Source of the DNA: Verrucomicrobiota bacterium
GTDB lineage: Bacteria > Verrucomicrobiota > Kiritimatiellia > CAIQIC01 > JAGNIJ01
Assembly: GCA_036821485.1 (NCBI GenBank)
Contig: DAISJM010000001.1
Location: 72,320-136,319 of the forward strand
Direction of reading: 5' to 3'
Length of the DNA: 64,000 bases
Shown here piece by piece: positions 35,167-44,998 of the stretch (its first letter is position 1; each line of letters begins with the position of its first letter). The position numbers were made by a program, and so were the translations under genes. The notes below the pieces were generated by a model, which saw nothing but the letters and a program-made list of their open reading frames with translations, was not told the DNA's origin and did not search any database.

Positions 35167-35287
35167 CCCTTAACTCCTTCAAAGAATGTTTTGTTCCCTC
35201 TCATACACACAACCCTCAGCATCCTTCTGCCCATCCCTTTGTCTCTCTGCGCCCTCCTTTCCAAAGGTCAAAAACACGTGATTCAAA

Positions 35288-35812
35288 TCACGGGGTGACC
35301 GGAGCAAGTTCGACGCTGTCGATTCCAAGCGCGCCATCGGCACCGATGCCGGACGCTTCAAAGACAACCTGCAGGCGTGTGGTGCCCTCGGGTGCCTTGG
35401 CGGAGACCGACTCCTTGACCCACTTGCCCTCCTTGAGTTTGTCGAGCGAGGAAGATTCGCTGGCGAGGAGTTGATTGGCGTCATCGAAGAATTCGATCTT
35501 CATGAGGCGGGTGGAGGCGGTCCAATTGTTGTCGAAGTAGAAGAGGGCGGAGAGTTGATACTTGGTGCCCGGTATCGCGGGTGCGGACTGGATGATGCCG
35601 CCATTATCGCTTCCGCTCCACGAGCCGCGGAGATACGCGGCATACATGCCTTCCGGTGGATTGTTCCACGTATCGCGAACGAAACTGCCCCACGTGGTGC
35701 TCCAGTTATTCGCGTTGAGGTCGTCCTCAAAACCGGCATTACTCAGCAAATTCGCCCCGGCAACAACTCCTGTCGCGAGGAACATCAATACGGCGAGCCA
35801 TCTCATCTTCAT
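35288..35812 (-). CDS. Secreted CBM-like protein (paralog of the PEP-CTERM protein, but without the PEP-CTERM tail)
   Basis: Start trimmed to MKMRWLAVLMFLATGVVAGA after a GGAGG RBS. The NAGFED motif resembles the neighbour's NGGFEA. Confidence 0.6.
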   Translation of the reverse strand: MKMRWLAVLMFLATGVVAGANLLSNAGFEDDLNANNWSTTWGSFVRDTWNNPPEGMYAAYLRGSWSGSDNGGIIQSAPAIPGTKYQLSALFYFDNNWTASTRLMKIEFFDDANQLLASESSSLDKLKEGKWVKESVSAKAPEGTTRLQVVFEASGIGADGALGIDSVELAPVTP

Positions 35813-36035
35813 TACAGCCTCCATTACGCGTTTTACGGATCGGCCAACCCGACCACATGTTATCGGTAACATATTAATGTTTGCCGTGTGGCTGTCAACG
35901 CGAATTGAAGGGCGTTTTTGGCGGGCGTGGAGGGGGCTGTTTTGTTGGGTGGGAGCCCTATCGCAAGGCATTGGAATGAGGTAAGTTGCTCTTCAAGCAG
36001 GATGGGTCGATGGACCCGCATCAGAAGGTTACATC

Positions 36036-39000
36036 ATGAAATCATTCCTCCTCTCGCTGGGTGTGTTCTCCCTTGCGCTCTGTCTTCCCGCACGGGCTGC
36101 GAGCCAGCGATTCCTGGCCACTTCGGGTGATCGCCACAAATTGCGCGTGGACGATCCTGCCGTAGCGTCACAAATTCTCGCCGATGGTGGTCGGCTGATT
36201 GCCGACTACGGGTCTTTCCAGATGATGGAAGCGAATGCGTCGGCTGAGCAGACCTTCGCCGGGTCGGGCAGTGTAGAGAATCGCGATGAGGACAATCGCA
36301 TCCTGTTGAACGCGGGCGAAGTGGACACAACGACGGACGTCGCGAAGTTCACACGCCGGGCTCCGACGCAGTTCGCGGGACGTCGGCTTCATCTTGTCCA
36401 ATTCGCGGGTCCGGTGAAAGCAGAATGGGTGGACGAGTTGGAGAAGGCGGGACTCCAGATTGTCACCTACATTCCGAACAACGCCTACCTGGTGTATGGC
36501 GATGCGGCCGCGCTCGCGGCGGCGGGAGCCTTGGCCTCCAGCCGTCCCTTTGTGCAGTGGGAAGGTTCCTATTCCGCCGACGACAAGATTCAGCCGCGCG
36601 CGCGCAATCGTGACGCGGCGGGGCAGTACCGGATCCTCGGCACCGATCTCTTTGCCATCCAACTGGTGGACGATGACGTGGGCAATGCGGACACCCTGGC
36701 GCTCATCGATTCCATCAAGCTGGCGCCGTTGCGGCACGAGTCGAGGATGATGGGATACCGCAGCTTCGTTGTGCGTCTGCCACCGGACCAGGTGCCGGTC
36801 ATCGCCGAACAGCCGGATGTGGTGTCGATCAACACCTACGTTGAGCCGAAGAAATTCGACGAGCGGCAGGACCAGATTGTTGCCGGCAATTTGAACGCCA
36901 CGGGCAGCTACCCGACCAACGCGGGCTACCTTGCGTGGCTGTACTCGAAGGGCTTCACGCAGGACCAGTTCACCGCGTCGGGCTTCGTGGTGGATGTGAC
37001 CGACAGTGGTGTGGATAACGGCACGAACGCGCCCAATCACTTTGGCCTCTACGTGCTGGGCAACACCGGCCTCGCCAGCCGCGTGGTGTACAACCGGCTT
37101 GAAGGCACGGCGAACTCGGGGAGCACGATCCAGGGCTGCGACGGTCACGGCAATCTCAACTCGCACATCATCAGTGGCTACAACGATGGCAGTACGTTCC
37201 CGCATCTCGATTCCGCAGGCTACCGCTATGGACTTGGTGTTTGCCCGTTTGTGAAAGTCGGCTCGTCGGTCATCTTTGACCCGGACACCTTCACCGACCC
37301 GGACTACGAGGACCTCATCTCCCGAGCCTATCGCGATGGCGCGCGGATCAGCTCCGACAGTTGGGGCGCGGATACGGCCGGCGACTATGACATTGATGCG
37401 CAGCGGTACGATTATCTTGTGCGCGACGCGCAGCCAGCCAGCGCCGCGGTCGCGACGGCTGGCAACCAGGAAATGACGATTGTATTCGCCGCGGGCAATG
37501 CAGGGTCCGGCACCCAGACGGTCGGTTCGCCGGGCACCGCTAAGAATGTCATCACGGTTGGCGCGGCGGAGAATGTCCACTCACATGCGATCACCAACGG
37601 TGGCGCGAGTGCGATTGGCGATGATGGTTGCACGACGCCGGATTCCGAGGCGAACAACGCGAATGATATCGCCAGCTTTTCGAGCCGCGGTCCGTGTTCG
37701 GACCTGCGGAAGAAGCCGGAGATCGTGGCACCCGGCACACACATCACCGGTGGCGTGGCGCAGCAGACGCGCGGGACGACCAACGGCAATGATCTCGCCT
37801 GTTTCGACGGCACGGGCGTGTGCGGTTTGCCGGGTGGCGGGACGGTGGGCAGCAAGTTCAACTTCTTTCCGACGAACTCGGCCCAGCAATTCTGGACGAC
37901 GTCATCCGGCACGAGCCATTCCACTCCGGCCGTGGCGGGTGGTTGTGCGCTGATCCGCCAGTACTTCATCAACCTGGGCCTCAACGCGCCGAGCCCGGCG
38001 ATGGTGAAGGCCTACCTGATGAATGCCGCCCGCTACATGACGGGCACCTCGGCGAACGATACATTGTGGTCGAACAGCCAGGGCATGGGCGGGATGAATC
38101 TCGGCCTCGCGTTCGATGGTACGCCCCGCATTCTGCGCGACCAGCTCACCAACGATTTGTTTACCGCGACGGGCCAGTCGCGACAGTATGTCGGGACGAT
38201 CAGCGACACTGGTAAACCGTTCCGCGTGACGCTGTCCTGGACCGATGCGCCGGGGCCGACCTCGGGCAATGCCTACAAGAACAACCTGGACCTGACGATC
38301 ACGCTGGGTGGGCTGACGTATAAGGGTAACGTCTTCAGCGGCGCCTATTCCACCAACGGTGGTTCGGCGGATGTGCGAAACAATGCCGAGAGCGTCTTCC
38401 TTCGCGCGGGCCAGACCGGCGTCGTGGTGGTCACCGTTACGGCGGCGAACATCAATTCGGACGGCGTGCCGAACTACGGCACAGCGCTCGACCAGGATTT
38501 CGCGCTTGTCGTTTACAACGTCACCGAGGGCGCTTCCAATCTGCCGCCGGTGCTCGCGTCCATTGGGGACAAGTCGGTGGTGACGAACAACCTCCTGTCC
38601 TTCAGTGTCAGCGCCAGCGATCCGTTCGATGGAGATACGGTCTCGCTGTGGGCGACCGGTGTCCCGCCGTGGGCAACCTTCACGGGGGCAACGAATGCCG
38701 TGGGTGTGACGAATACGTTCTCCGGCACGCCGACGTCGACCGGCACCTGGGTCACGACATTCTACGCGGGCGACAAGGACGGCACGAACAGCGAAACGAT
38801 CACGATCAATGCGAAGGCCGGGGGAGCCCTGGATGTGGGTGGCTACAAGGTCAATCAGTTCAACAGTACCCAGACCTACACGATTCCCAGCGGAACCCTG
38901 GTTGAGCAGGGGGGATATCTCGTGCTGGCGCGCAATGTTTCCCAAGCGCAGTTTGAGGCATATTGGGGCGTGACGCTTGGCGCGAACGTGGTCTTTCTGA

Positions 39001-40409
39001 ATTCGAGCAACAAGGTTCCGCAGATCAACGGGTCCGAGCAGTATGAACTCCTGGATGCCTCATCCACCCTGATCGACGGCCGCACAGCCACGAACTTGGT
39101 CACCGTCAACATGGCGAATCAGCGCGTCAGCACAACGGCCGATGAGACACTGCTGACCAGTTGGAATACGGTGGCCATGGCGTCGGCAACTCCCGGCAGC
39201 GGTGCCGTGGCGGGGGGCGGGGCCGGGTTGGTCATCACTGAATTTTCGGATGCCGGCGCGTTTTCGAACGAGTTTGTCGAACTCTATAACGACAGCGGTG
39301 CCCCGGTGAACACACCGCCGGTGCTGAACGCCATCGGCAATCGGTCCGTGGTGGTGAGCAATACGCTGGAGTTTGCCGTGTCGGCGACGCCGACGGAGAG
39401 CGATGCCGTGACGTTGACGGTGAGCAATGCGCCGGCGGGCACCTACTTCAGCGCGGCGGGTGAGAGCGGCGTGTTCTACTGGACGAACGCGTCACCGGTC
39501 GGCGTCTACACGACCACGTTCTATGCGGCGGACATTGGAGGCGTGGACTTTGAGCAGATACTGATCAGCGTGGTGGCGGCGGGTGGTGGTGGCGGCGGCG
39601 GCACGGAGACGTTCAGCAACTCGACAGCGCCGGCGGCCACCTATGGCAGCGGCAGTTATGTCGGCGATGGCAGCATTCAGTGGACCTACAGTGGCGCGCG
39701 CACGCCGGAGTCGCTCTACTCGATCGATGGCACTTCGCTTGGCTTTGGCGATTCCACGCGCAACCCGCGGGAAGTCTACTCGTCGACGATTCCCGGCGGT
39801 GTCGGCAGCATCGCGATCAAGTACCTTAAGTATTTCACGGGCGCGGGGACGCGGAGCTTCGACGTCTACGTCAACGCGACGCTTGTGGGTTCGGTGTCGG
39901 ATGCGAACAACGCGACGGTGGCCACGCAGACGTTCAGCGCGATCAACATCAGCGGCGACGTGGTGATCAAGGTGGTCGGTACCGGCGGCAAGCAATTCGT
40001 CATCGATACGCTGAACTGGACCAGCTACGCGGGTGGCGGGGATGATTCCGATTTCGACAACATGCCGGACACGTGGGAGCAGGACAACTTCGGCACGTTG
40101 ACCAACACGGCAACCGGCGACTGGGATGGGGACGGTCTGGACAATCTTTCCGAGTATATTTCCGGCACGCAGCCGACCAACGATCAGTCGTATCTGCAGT
40201 TTGAGACCATCTCGATCCAGCCATCGGTGGGCATGCAGTTTGCGACCGTCACCGGCCGCACGTACTGGGTTGATTTCCGTACCAATCTGCTGTCGGGCGA
40301 CTGGACGAGCCTGATTTCTGGACTGATCGGCAGCAACGACGTGCGAACCGTCAGCGACACCAATGAGATTGAGCACCGGGCCTATCGCCTGGGTGTCCAA
40401 AGAAACTGA
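36036..40409 (+). CDS. Giant secreted subtilisin-like serine peptidase (S8) with He_PIG (Ig-like), lamin-tail and TSP3-like repeat domains and a conserved C-terminal beta-domain
   Basis: 1457 aa with signal peptide. The Asp/His/Ser triad sits in VVDVTDSGVDNG, HGNLNSHII and GTSHSTPAVAG. The lamin-tail (LTD) motif is LVITEF...EFVELYN. PPVL..IG(D/N)(K/R)SV He_PIG units occur twice. D-x-D Ca-binding repeats are DSDFDNMPDTWE. The C-terminus is FATVTGRTYWV...YRLGVQRN. Confidence 0.8.
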   Translation: MKSFLLSLGVFSLALCLPARAASQRFLATSGDRHKLRVDDPAVASQILADGGRLIADYGSFQMMEANASAEQTFAGSGSVENRDEDNRILLNAGEVDTTTDVAKFTRRAPTQFAGRRLHLVQFAGPVKAEWVDELEKAGLQIVTYIPNNAYLVYGDAAALAAAGALASSRPFVQWEGSYSADDKIQPRARNRDAAGQYRILGTDLFAIQLVDDDVGNADTLALIDSIKLAPLRHESRMMGYRSFVVRLPPDQVPVIAEQPDVVSINTYVEPKKFDERQDQIVAGNLNATGSYPTNAGYLAWLYSKGFTQDQFTASGFVVDVTDSGVDNGTNAPNHFGLYVLGNTGLASRVVYNRLEGTANSGSTIQGCDGHGNLNSHIISGYNDGSTFPHLDSAGYRYGLGVCPFVKVGSSVIFDPDTFTDPDYEDLISRAYRDGARISSDSWGADTAGDYDIDAQRYDYLVRDAQPASAAVATAGNQEMTIVFAAGNAGSGTQTVGSPGTAKNVITVGAAENVHSHAITNGGASAIGDDGCTTPDSEANNANDIASFSSRGPCSDLRKKPEIVAPGTHITGGVAQQTRGTTNGNDLACFDGTGVCGLPGGGTVGSKFNFFPTNSAQQFWTTSSGTSHSTPAVAGGCALIRQYFINLGLNAPSPAMVKAYLMNAARYMTGTSANDTLWSNSQGMGGMNLGLAFDGTPRILRDQLTNDLFTATGQSRQYVGTISDTGKPFRVTLSWTDAPGPTSGNAYKNNLDLTITLGGLTYKGNVFSGAYSTNGGSADVRNNAESVFLRAGQTGVVVVTVTAANINSDGVPNYGTALDQDFALVVYNVTEGASNLPPVLASIGDKSVVTNNLLSFSVSASDPFDGDTVSLWATGVPPWATFTGATNAVGVTNTFSGTPTSTGTWVTTFYAGDKDGTNSETITINAKAGGALDVGGYKVNQFNSTQTYTIPSGTLVEQGGYLVLARNVSQAQFEAYWGVTLGANVVFLNSSNKVPQINGSEQYELLDASSTLIDGRTATNLVTVNMANQRVSTTADETLLTSWNTVAMASATPGSGAVAGGGAGLVITEFSDAGAFSNEFVELYNDSGAPVNTPPVLNAIGNRSVVVSNTLEFAVSATPTESDAVTLTVSNAPAGTYFSAAGESGVFYWTNASPVGVYTTTFYAADIGGVDFEQILISVVAAGGGGGGGTETFSNSTAPAATYGSGSYVGDGSIQWTYSGARTPESLYSIDGTSLGFGDSTRNPREVYSSTIPGGVGSIAIKYLKYFTGAGTRSFDVYVNATLVGSVSDANNATVATQTFSAINISGDVVIKVVGTGGKQFVIDTLNWTSYAGGGDDSDFDNMPDTWEQDNFGTLTNTATGDWDGDGLDNLSEYISGTQPTNDQSYLQFETISIQPSVGMQFATVTGRTYWVDFRTNLLSGDWTSLISGLIGSNDVRTVSDTNEIEHRAYRLGVQRN

Positions 40410-40472
40410 CGTGTGGGGAGCCTCTATCCCTGCAGCCACCGCCCCGGTACGTTATTCCTCCGGGGAGGAAGG

Positions 40473-43400
40473 ATGCGCGGGCGCTACATGGTCTTGGGTT
40501 GTGTGCTGCTGGCTACCGGGCTTGTCGGGACGGCGCGGGCACAAGTCCGCACGTTGACCGGATCCTCTTTCTCCGTCGACGACGCGGGCATGGTGCGTAC
40601 GCTCGAAGTTGCGACCGATGAAATTGCCGTTCGCCGTTCCGGCGGAACCTGCACCGTCGAAAAGGTGGGGCCCTTCGCCGACGCAGAATCCATCCGTCGT
40701 TCCGCGCTGGCCCGCAAGCAGCTTGCCGACGAGGAGGTCGACCTGGTGCTGTACGAGCCCGGCGTGCCCCGGACGATCTACACGCGGCGCATCCTGACCC
40801 GTGGCGTGCTGGTTCGGTTGGACGCCGGCGCCAACCTTGCCGATGTCGAAGAGGAGTCTGGCGCGGTCGGCCGATGGGCGCCCGGCGGCGGAGGTTGGCT
40901 CATCTTCGATGCCGCGGACGCGGGGGGAGCGTTGATCTTGGCCGACACGCTGCGCGGGGTGAAGGGCGTCGCTTCCGCCGACCCTCTGCTGGCGCGGCAG
41001 CATGAGAAGCGCTACACACCGAACGACACGCTATTCAGTGATCAGTGGCACCTCGTCAACACCGGCCAGATCGGTGGCACGCCGGGCATCGACGTAAACG
41101 TCACGAATGTGTGGGACACGTATCGCGGCTCCGGTGTCTACATCGGCATCTGCGATGACGGCTTGCAGACATCGCACGAGGATCTTTCGGCCAACGTCAA
41201 CACCATCATCGACTGGGACTGGAACGGCGGCGACGGCAGTCCGGATCCCAACACCGCGCAGGACTTTCACGGCTCCGCGTGCGCGGGCGTGGCGGCAGGC
41301 CGCGGGAACAATGCGTTGGGCATCTGCGGCGGTGCGCCGCAGGCAACCCTCGTCGGCATGCGCTTGATTGCCGGCTATGTCGATGATGCCACCGAGGCTC
41401 AGGCGATGCTGCACAGCAACACGATTATCTGGATCAAGAGCAACAGTTGGGGGCCGGTCGACAACGGCTACACGCTTGCCGGGCCCGGTTCAGTGACCCG
41501 GGCCGCGCTTTCCAACGGGGTGCACAACGGGCGGGGTGGAAAGGGGACGATCTACCTGTGGGCGGGCGGCAATGGCCTGCAGTACAACGACAATGTCAAC
41601 TACGACGGCTACGCCAATTCGGTTTACACGATCGCCATCGCTGCGCTCGACAACACGGGGGGGCAGTCCTACTACAGCGAGCCCGGGGCGTGCCTGCTGG
41701 TCACCGCCCCGTCGAGTGGAAGCAACGGGGGTATCACGACTACGGATTTGATGGGAAGCTCCGGCTACAACAGTGGCGCCGGTTGGGATCTCGCCGATCC
41801 CAACTACACGGCCTACTTTGGCGGCACATCTTCCGCGACGCCGCTGGTTGCCGGGATCATGGCGTTGATCCTGCAGGCCAACACCAACCTCGGCTGGCGC
41901 GATGCCCAGGAGATCCTGATCCGTTGCGCCCGGCAGGTCAGTCCGTCGGACAGCGACTGGTCCACGAACAGCGCGGGTTTTCACTTCAACCACAAGTTCG
42001 GCGCCGGCCTGATTGATGCCCGTGCTGCGGTCACGCTGGCGGAGACATGGACCAATCTCGGGCCGCGGCTCTGGTACGAAAGCACGCACACCAATCTGGC
42101 GCAGGCCATACCGGACAACAATACAAACGGTACGACCGTGAGTTTTGTGATCAGCGCCACGAATATGAGGGTGGAGCACGTCGCAGCCACGGTGTACATC
42201 ACGCACCCCGCGCGCGGGAATCTCGCGATTACGCTCACCTCGCCGAGCGGCATGAAGAGCCGGCTGGCTGAAAAGCACAGCGATCTGTCGGCCGACTACC
42301 CGAACTGGACCTTCACCAGCGTGCGGCACTGGGGCGAGGAACTGCAGGGCGCGTGGACGTTGAATGTGGCGGATCGCACGGCTGGCGCCATCGGCACGCT
42401 GCAATCCGTTCGCCTGGATTTCTTCGGCACCGATACGGAGATTCCCTCCAACAGGCCGCCGGTGCTCAGCCGTCTCAGCGACCGGTCCGTTGCGGAAAGC
42501 AACCTGTTGGAGTTCGCCGTGTCCGCGTGGGATACGGTGGATGGCGACACGGTGACGTTATGGGCCACGAACGTGCCGGAGTGGGCCAGTTTTCCGGCCG
42601 TGACCAACGACATTGTCGTGACGAATCTGTTCTCCGGCACGCCCACCAATCCTGAAATGCGCACGGTGTATTTCTTTGCTTCTGACAAGGACGGCACCAG
42701 TACATCGGCTGTGAACATCACGGTCCGGCAGGCGGGCGACAGCGGTTGCGGATTCATCATCTCGGAGTACCTGGAGGGAACCAACGCCACGGCCAAGGCG
42801 CTTGAATTCTTCAATGGCACGGCCTCCGGCATCGATCTCAAATCCAGCAACTGTGTGGTACAGATCTATCTCAACGGGAGCAGCACACCCGGTTCGCCGA
42901 TCAGCCTCACGGGTACGGTGGCGGCGGGGGCCACCTATGTGGTTGCGCATTCCAGCGCCCCCACGGGCCTGACCGCGCGCGCCAACCAATTGGCGAGTCT
43001 GAGCGCGATCGGCGGAGACGATGCCGTGGTCGTAAGGTTTGGGGGGACGAATGGTCCGATCCTGGACCGTGTCGGACAGGTGGGCGTCGATCCGGGTGTT
43101 GAGTGGGGCTCGGGCTCGTACTCCACGTTGAACAACACGTTGCGGCGCAACCCGTCGGTGACGATGGGGGATACCAACGCGTACAGCGCCTTCGACCCCA
43201 CGCTGGAATGGCAGGGCTATGGACCGGACATCTTCGTCGGCTTCGGCGAACACATGATGAATTGCGAGGGCGCGGAGTCGCCACCGATTCTCAATCCGAT
43301 CGGCAACACAGCGACCGAGGTCGGCAGTCTGCTGGAGTTCACGGTCAGCGCGGAGTCGACCGGTGGCGATGTCGTGTCCCTGTCGGCCAGCAATCTGCCG

Positions 43401-44426
43401 CAGGGGGCTACCTTCACATCGAGCAATGAGACCGGCGTGTTCCGGTTCACCCCCACGCCTTCGCAAATGGGCACGCACTCGGTGGGCTTCTACGCATCGG
43501 ACAACGACGGTGTTGATACGGAGACGATCGAGATCAGCGTCTCGGCGCCGCAGGGCGGGGGATCATCCAACGTGTTGGTCTATTTCGATTTCGATGACGG
43601 TGCAAATTTCGAACCGGTTCCGGAATCCGTGGTGCAGCACCTGCAGGTCAGTGCGTTTGAGAGCCGTGATGGAAAATCCACCAATGCCATCGGCAATCCC
43701 GGCCGGGCCATTGCGGACAGCGGATGGACGGGCACGGTTCAGTACTTTGAGTTCACGGTTAATGTGGAGACCGGCTACACCATGGCCGCGGACGGGATGA
43801 CCTTCGACGACCTGCGGTCCTCGACGGGGCCGTTGGGTTGGCGTGTGCGGTACAGCGGAGATGGCTACGGCGCCGACCTCTCGCTGGCGGGCACGCACTC
43901 GTCTTACACGACGAACGTCCCGACCTTGTTCATGCCCGCGGTGACCGGCCAGGTGACGTTCCGGGTTTATGCGGACAACGCCAGCATGGCGGGCGCGACG
44001 TGGCGACTGGACAATGTGAAGCTGCGCGGAGCGGTGTATCTGACCTCTGAGGGGAATGACAGCGACGAAGACGGCATGTCGGACGATTGGGAAACGGCGC
44101 AGTTCGGATCGTTGACCAACGAAGCGGCAGGTGATTGGGACGAGGATGGTGTGGACAATCTGTCGGAGTACATCGCCGGGACCGAGCCGACGAACAACGG
44201 GTCGTACCTGCAGTTTGATGACATCCTGACGCCGGGCGGATTCCAGGTCCGGTTCGCGACGGTGACGGGCCGCACGTATTGGGTGGAATACGCCGAGGAC
44301 CTGCTATGGCCGGGCGCGTGGAGCAATCTGGCGACGGGCCTTTTGGGTAGTAATGATGTGCGTTCGGTGAGCGACACCAACGCCTCCGGCGGGCGAATTT
44401 ATCGCGTGGGCGTGCAGAGGAATTGA
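40473..44426 (+). CDS. Giant secreted kexin/furin-like subtilase (S8B) with P-domain, LTD, He_PIG units, TSP3-like repeats and the same C-terminal beta-domain
   Basis: Start at MRGRYMVLGCVLLATGLVGTARA after a GGGGAGGAAGG RBS. Catalytic motifs are GICDDG, HGSACAGVAAG and GGTSSATPLVAG. The P-domain reads YITHPARGNLAITLTSPSG. The C-terminal 120 aa are ~70% identical to the preceding protein. Confidence 0.8.
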   Translation: MRGRYMVLGCVLLATGLVGTARAQVRTLTGSSFSVDDAGMVRTLEVATDEIAVRRSGGTCTVEKVGPFADAESIRRSALARKQLADEEVDLVLYEPGVPRTIYTRRILTRGVLVRLDAGANLADVEEESGAVGRWAPGGGGWLIFDAADAGGALILADTLRGVKGVASADPLLARQHEKRYTPNDTLFSDQWHLVNTGQIGGTPGIDVNVTNVWDTYRGSGVYIGICDDGLQTSHEDLSANVNTIIDWDWNGGDGSPDPNTAQDFHGSACAGVAAGRGNNALGICGGAPQATLVGMRLIAGYVDDATEAQAMLHSNTIIWIKSNSWGPVDNGYTLAGPGSVTRAALSNGVHNGRGGKGTIYLWAGGNGLQYNDNVNYDGYANSVYTIAIAALDNTGGQSYYSEPGACLLVTAPSSGSNGGITTTDLMGSSGYNSGAGWDLADPNYTAYFGGTSSATPLVAGIMALILQANTNLGWRDAQEILIRCARQVSPSDSDWSTNSAGFHFNHKFGAGLIDARAAVTLAETWTNLGPRLWYESTHTNLAQAIPDNNTNGTTVSFVISATNMRVEHVAATVYITHPARGNLAITLTSPSGMKSRLAEKHSDLSADYPNWTFTSVRHWGEELQGAWTLNVADRTAGAIGTLQSVRLDFFGTDTEIPSNRPPVLSRLSDRSVAESNLLEFAVSAWDTVDGDTVTLWATNVPEWASFPAVTNDIVVTNLFSGTPTNPEMRTVYFFASDKDGTSTSAVNITVRQAGDSGCGFIISEYLEGTNATAKALEFFNGTASGIDLKSSNCVVQIYLNGSSTPGSPISLTGTVAAGATYVVAHSSAPTGLTARANQLASLSAIGGDDAVVVRFGGTNGPILDRVGQVGVDPGVEWGSGSYSTLNNTLRRNPSVTMGDTNAYSAFDPTLEWQGYGPDIFVGFGEHMMNCEGAESPPILNPIGNTATEVGSLLEFTVSAESTGGDVVSLSASNLPQGATFTSSNETGVFRFTPTPSQMGTHSVGFYASDNDGVDTETIEISVSAPQGGGSSNVLVYFDFDDGANFEPVPESVVQHLQVSAFESRDGKSTNAIGNPGRAIADSGWTGTVQYFEFTVNVETGYTMAADGMTFDDLRSSTGPLGWRVRYSGDGYGADLSLAGTHSSYTTNVPTLFMPAVTGQVTFRVYADNASMAGATWRLDNVKLRGAVYLTSEGNDSDEDGMSDDWETAQFGSLTNEAAGDWDEDGVDNLSEYIAGTEPTNNGSYLQFDDILTPGGFQVRFATVTGRTYWVEYAEDLLWPGAWSNLATGLLGSNDVRSVSDTNASGGRIYRVGVQRN

Positions 44427-44480
44427 CCCCTCTTGACGTTCCGGCATGAAACGAATAATGTCGCCCTCGCTTCAACGGAC

Positions 44481-44556
44481 GCCCCCATCGTCTAGAGGCC
44501 TAGGACGCCAGGTTCTCATCCTGGTAACACCGGTTCGAATCCGGTTGGGGGTGCCA
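44481..44556 (+). tRNA. tRNA-Glu (anticodon CUC)
   Basis: Cloverleaf: acceptor GCCCCCA / UGGGGGU, D-arm UCGUCUAGAGGCCUAGGAC (the tRNA-Glu hallmark), anticodon stem CCAGG / CCUGG with loop UUCUCAU, T-arm ACCGG-UUCGAAU-CCGGU, and an encoded CCA. Confidence 0.85.
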
Positions 44557-44693
44557 GGCACCAGAGTTCCTCGCGGGGCTCGGAACACGGTGCCTGGCAG
44601 GCCAGATCCACACGTCAACGACCCCAAGAGGAACTCTGGGGCCTGCGCCGGTCACCGTGTTCGAGGCGAAGCCGAGAACTCGGGTGACCGGGC
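44551..44693 (+). other. Interleaved inverted-repeat cluster immediately 3' of tRNA-Glu (structured RNA or recombination/att-like site)
   Basis: Four arm pairs in the order A B C A' B' D C' D': GCCAGGCACC/GGTGCCTGGC, CAGAGTTCCTC/GAGGAACTCTG, GAACACGGTG/CACCGTGTTC and GCCGGTCACC/GGTGACCGG. Arm A overlaps the tRNA 3' end. Confidence 0.5.
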
Positions 44694-44722
44694 CATATCC
44701 TTCTGATAGCTTCTCGATCCTC

Positions 44723-44998
44723 ATGACAGGAACTCTTCCATACACCGTCTACATCCTCCTCAGCGAAAAGGACGGCAACTTCTACGTGGGTTTCACAACG
44801 GACTTGGCGAAGAGACTTTCAGATCACACCGCGGGCAGAGTTGAATCCACAGCACCTCGCCGGCCATTCAAGTTGGTTCACGCGGAGCAATATCTTTCCG
44901 AGGCAGATGCGATTCGAAGGGAGAAGTACCTCAAGACCACCAAGGGACGCCGTGCCCTCCGCCTCATGCTTCGCGATGCAGCCGGCAATTCTTCATGA
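44723..44998 (+). CDS. GIY-YIG nuclease-domain protein (small, stand-alone)
   Basis: ~91 aa from MTGTLPYTVYILLSEKDGNFYVGFTTDLAKRLSDH. The GIY...YVG and R..H motifs are present. Confidence 0.65.
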   Translation: MTGTLPYTVYILLSEKDGNFYVGFTTDLAKRLSDHTAGRVESTAPRRPFKLVHAEQYLSEADAIRREKYLKTTKGRRALRLMLRDAAGNSS

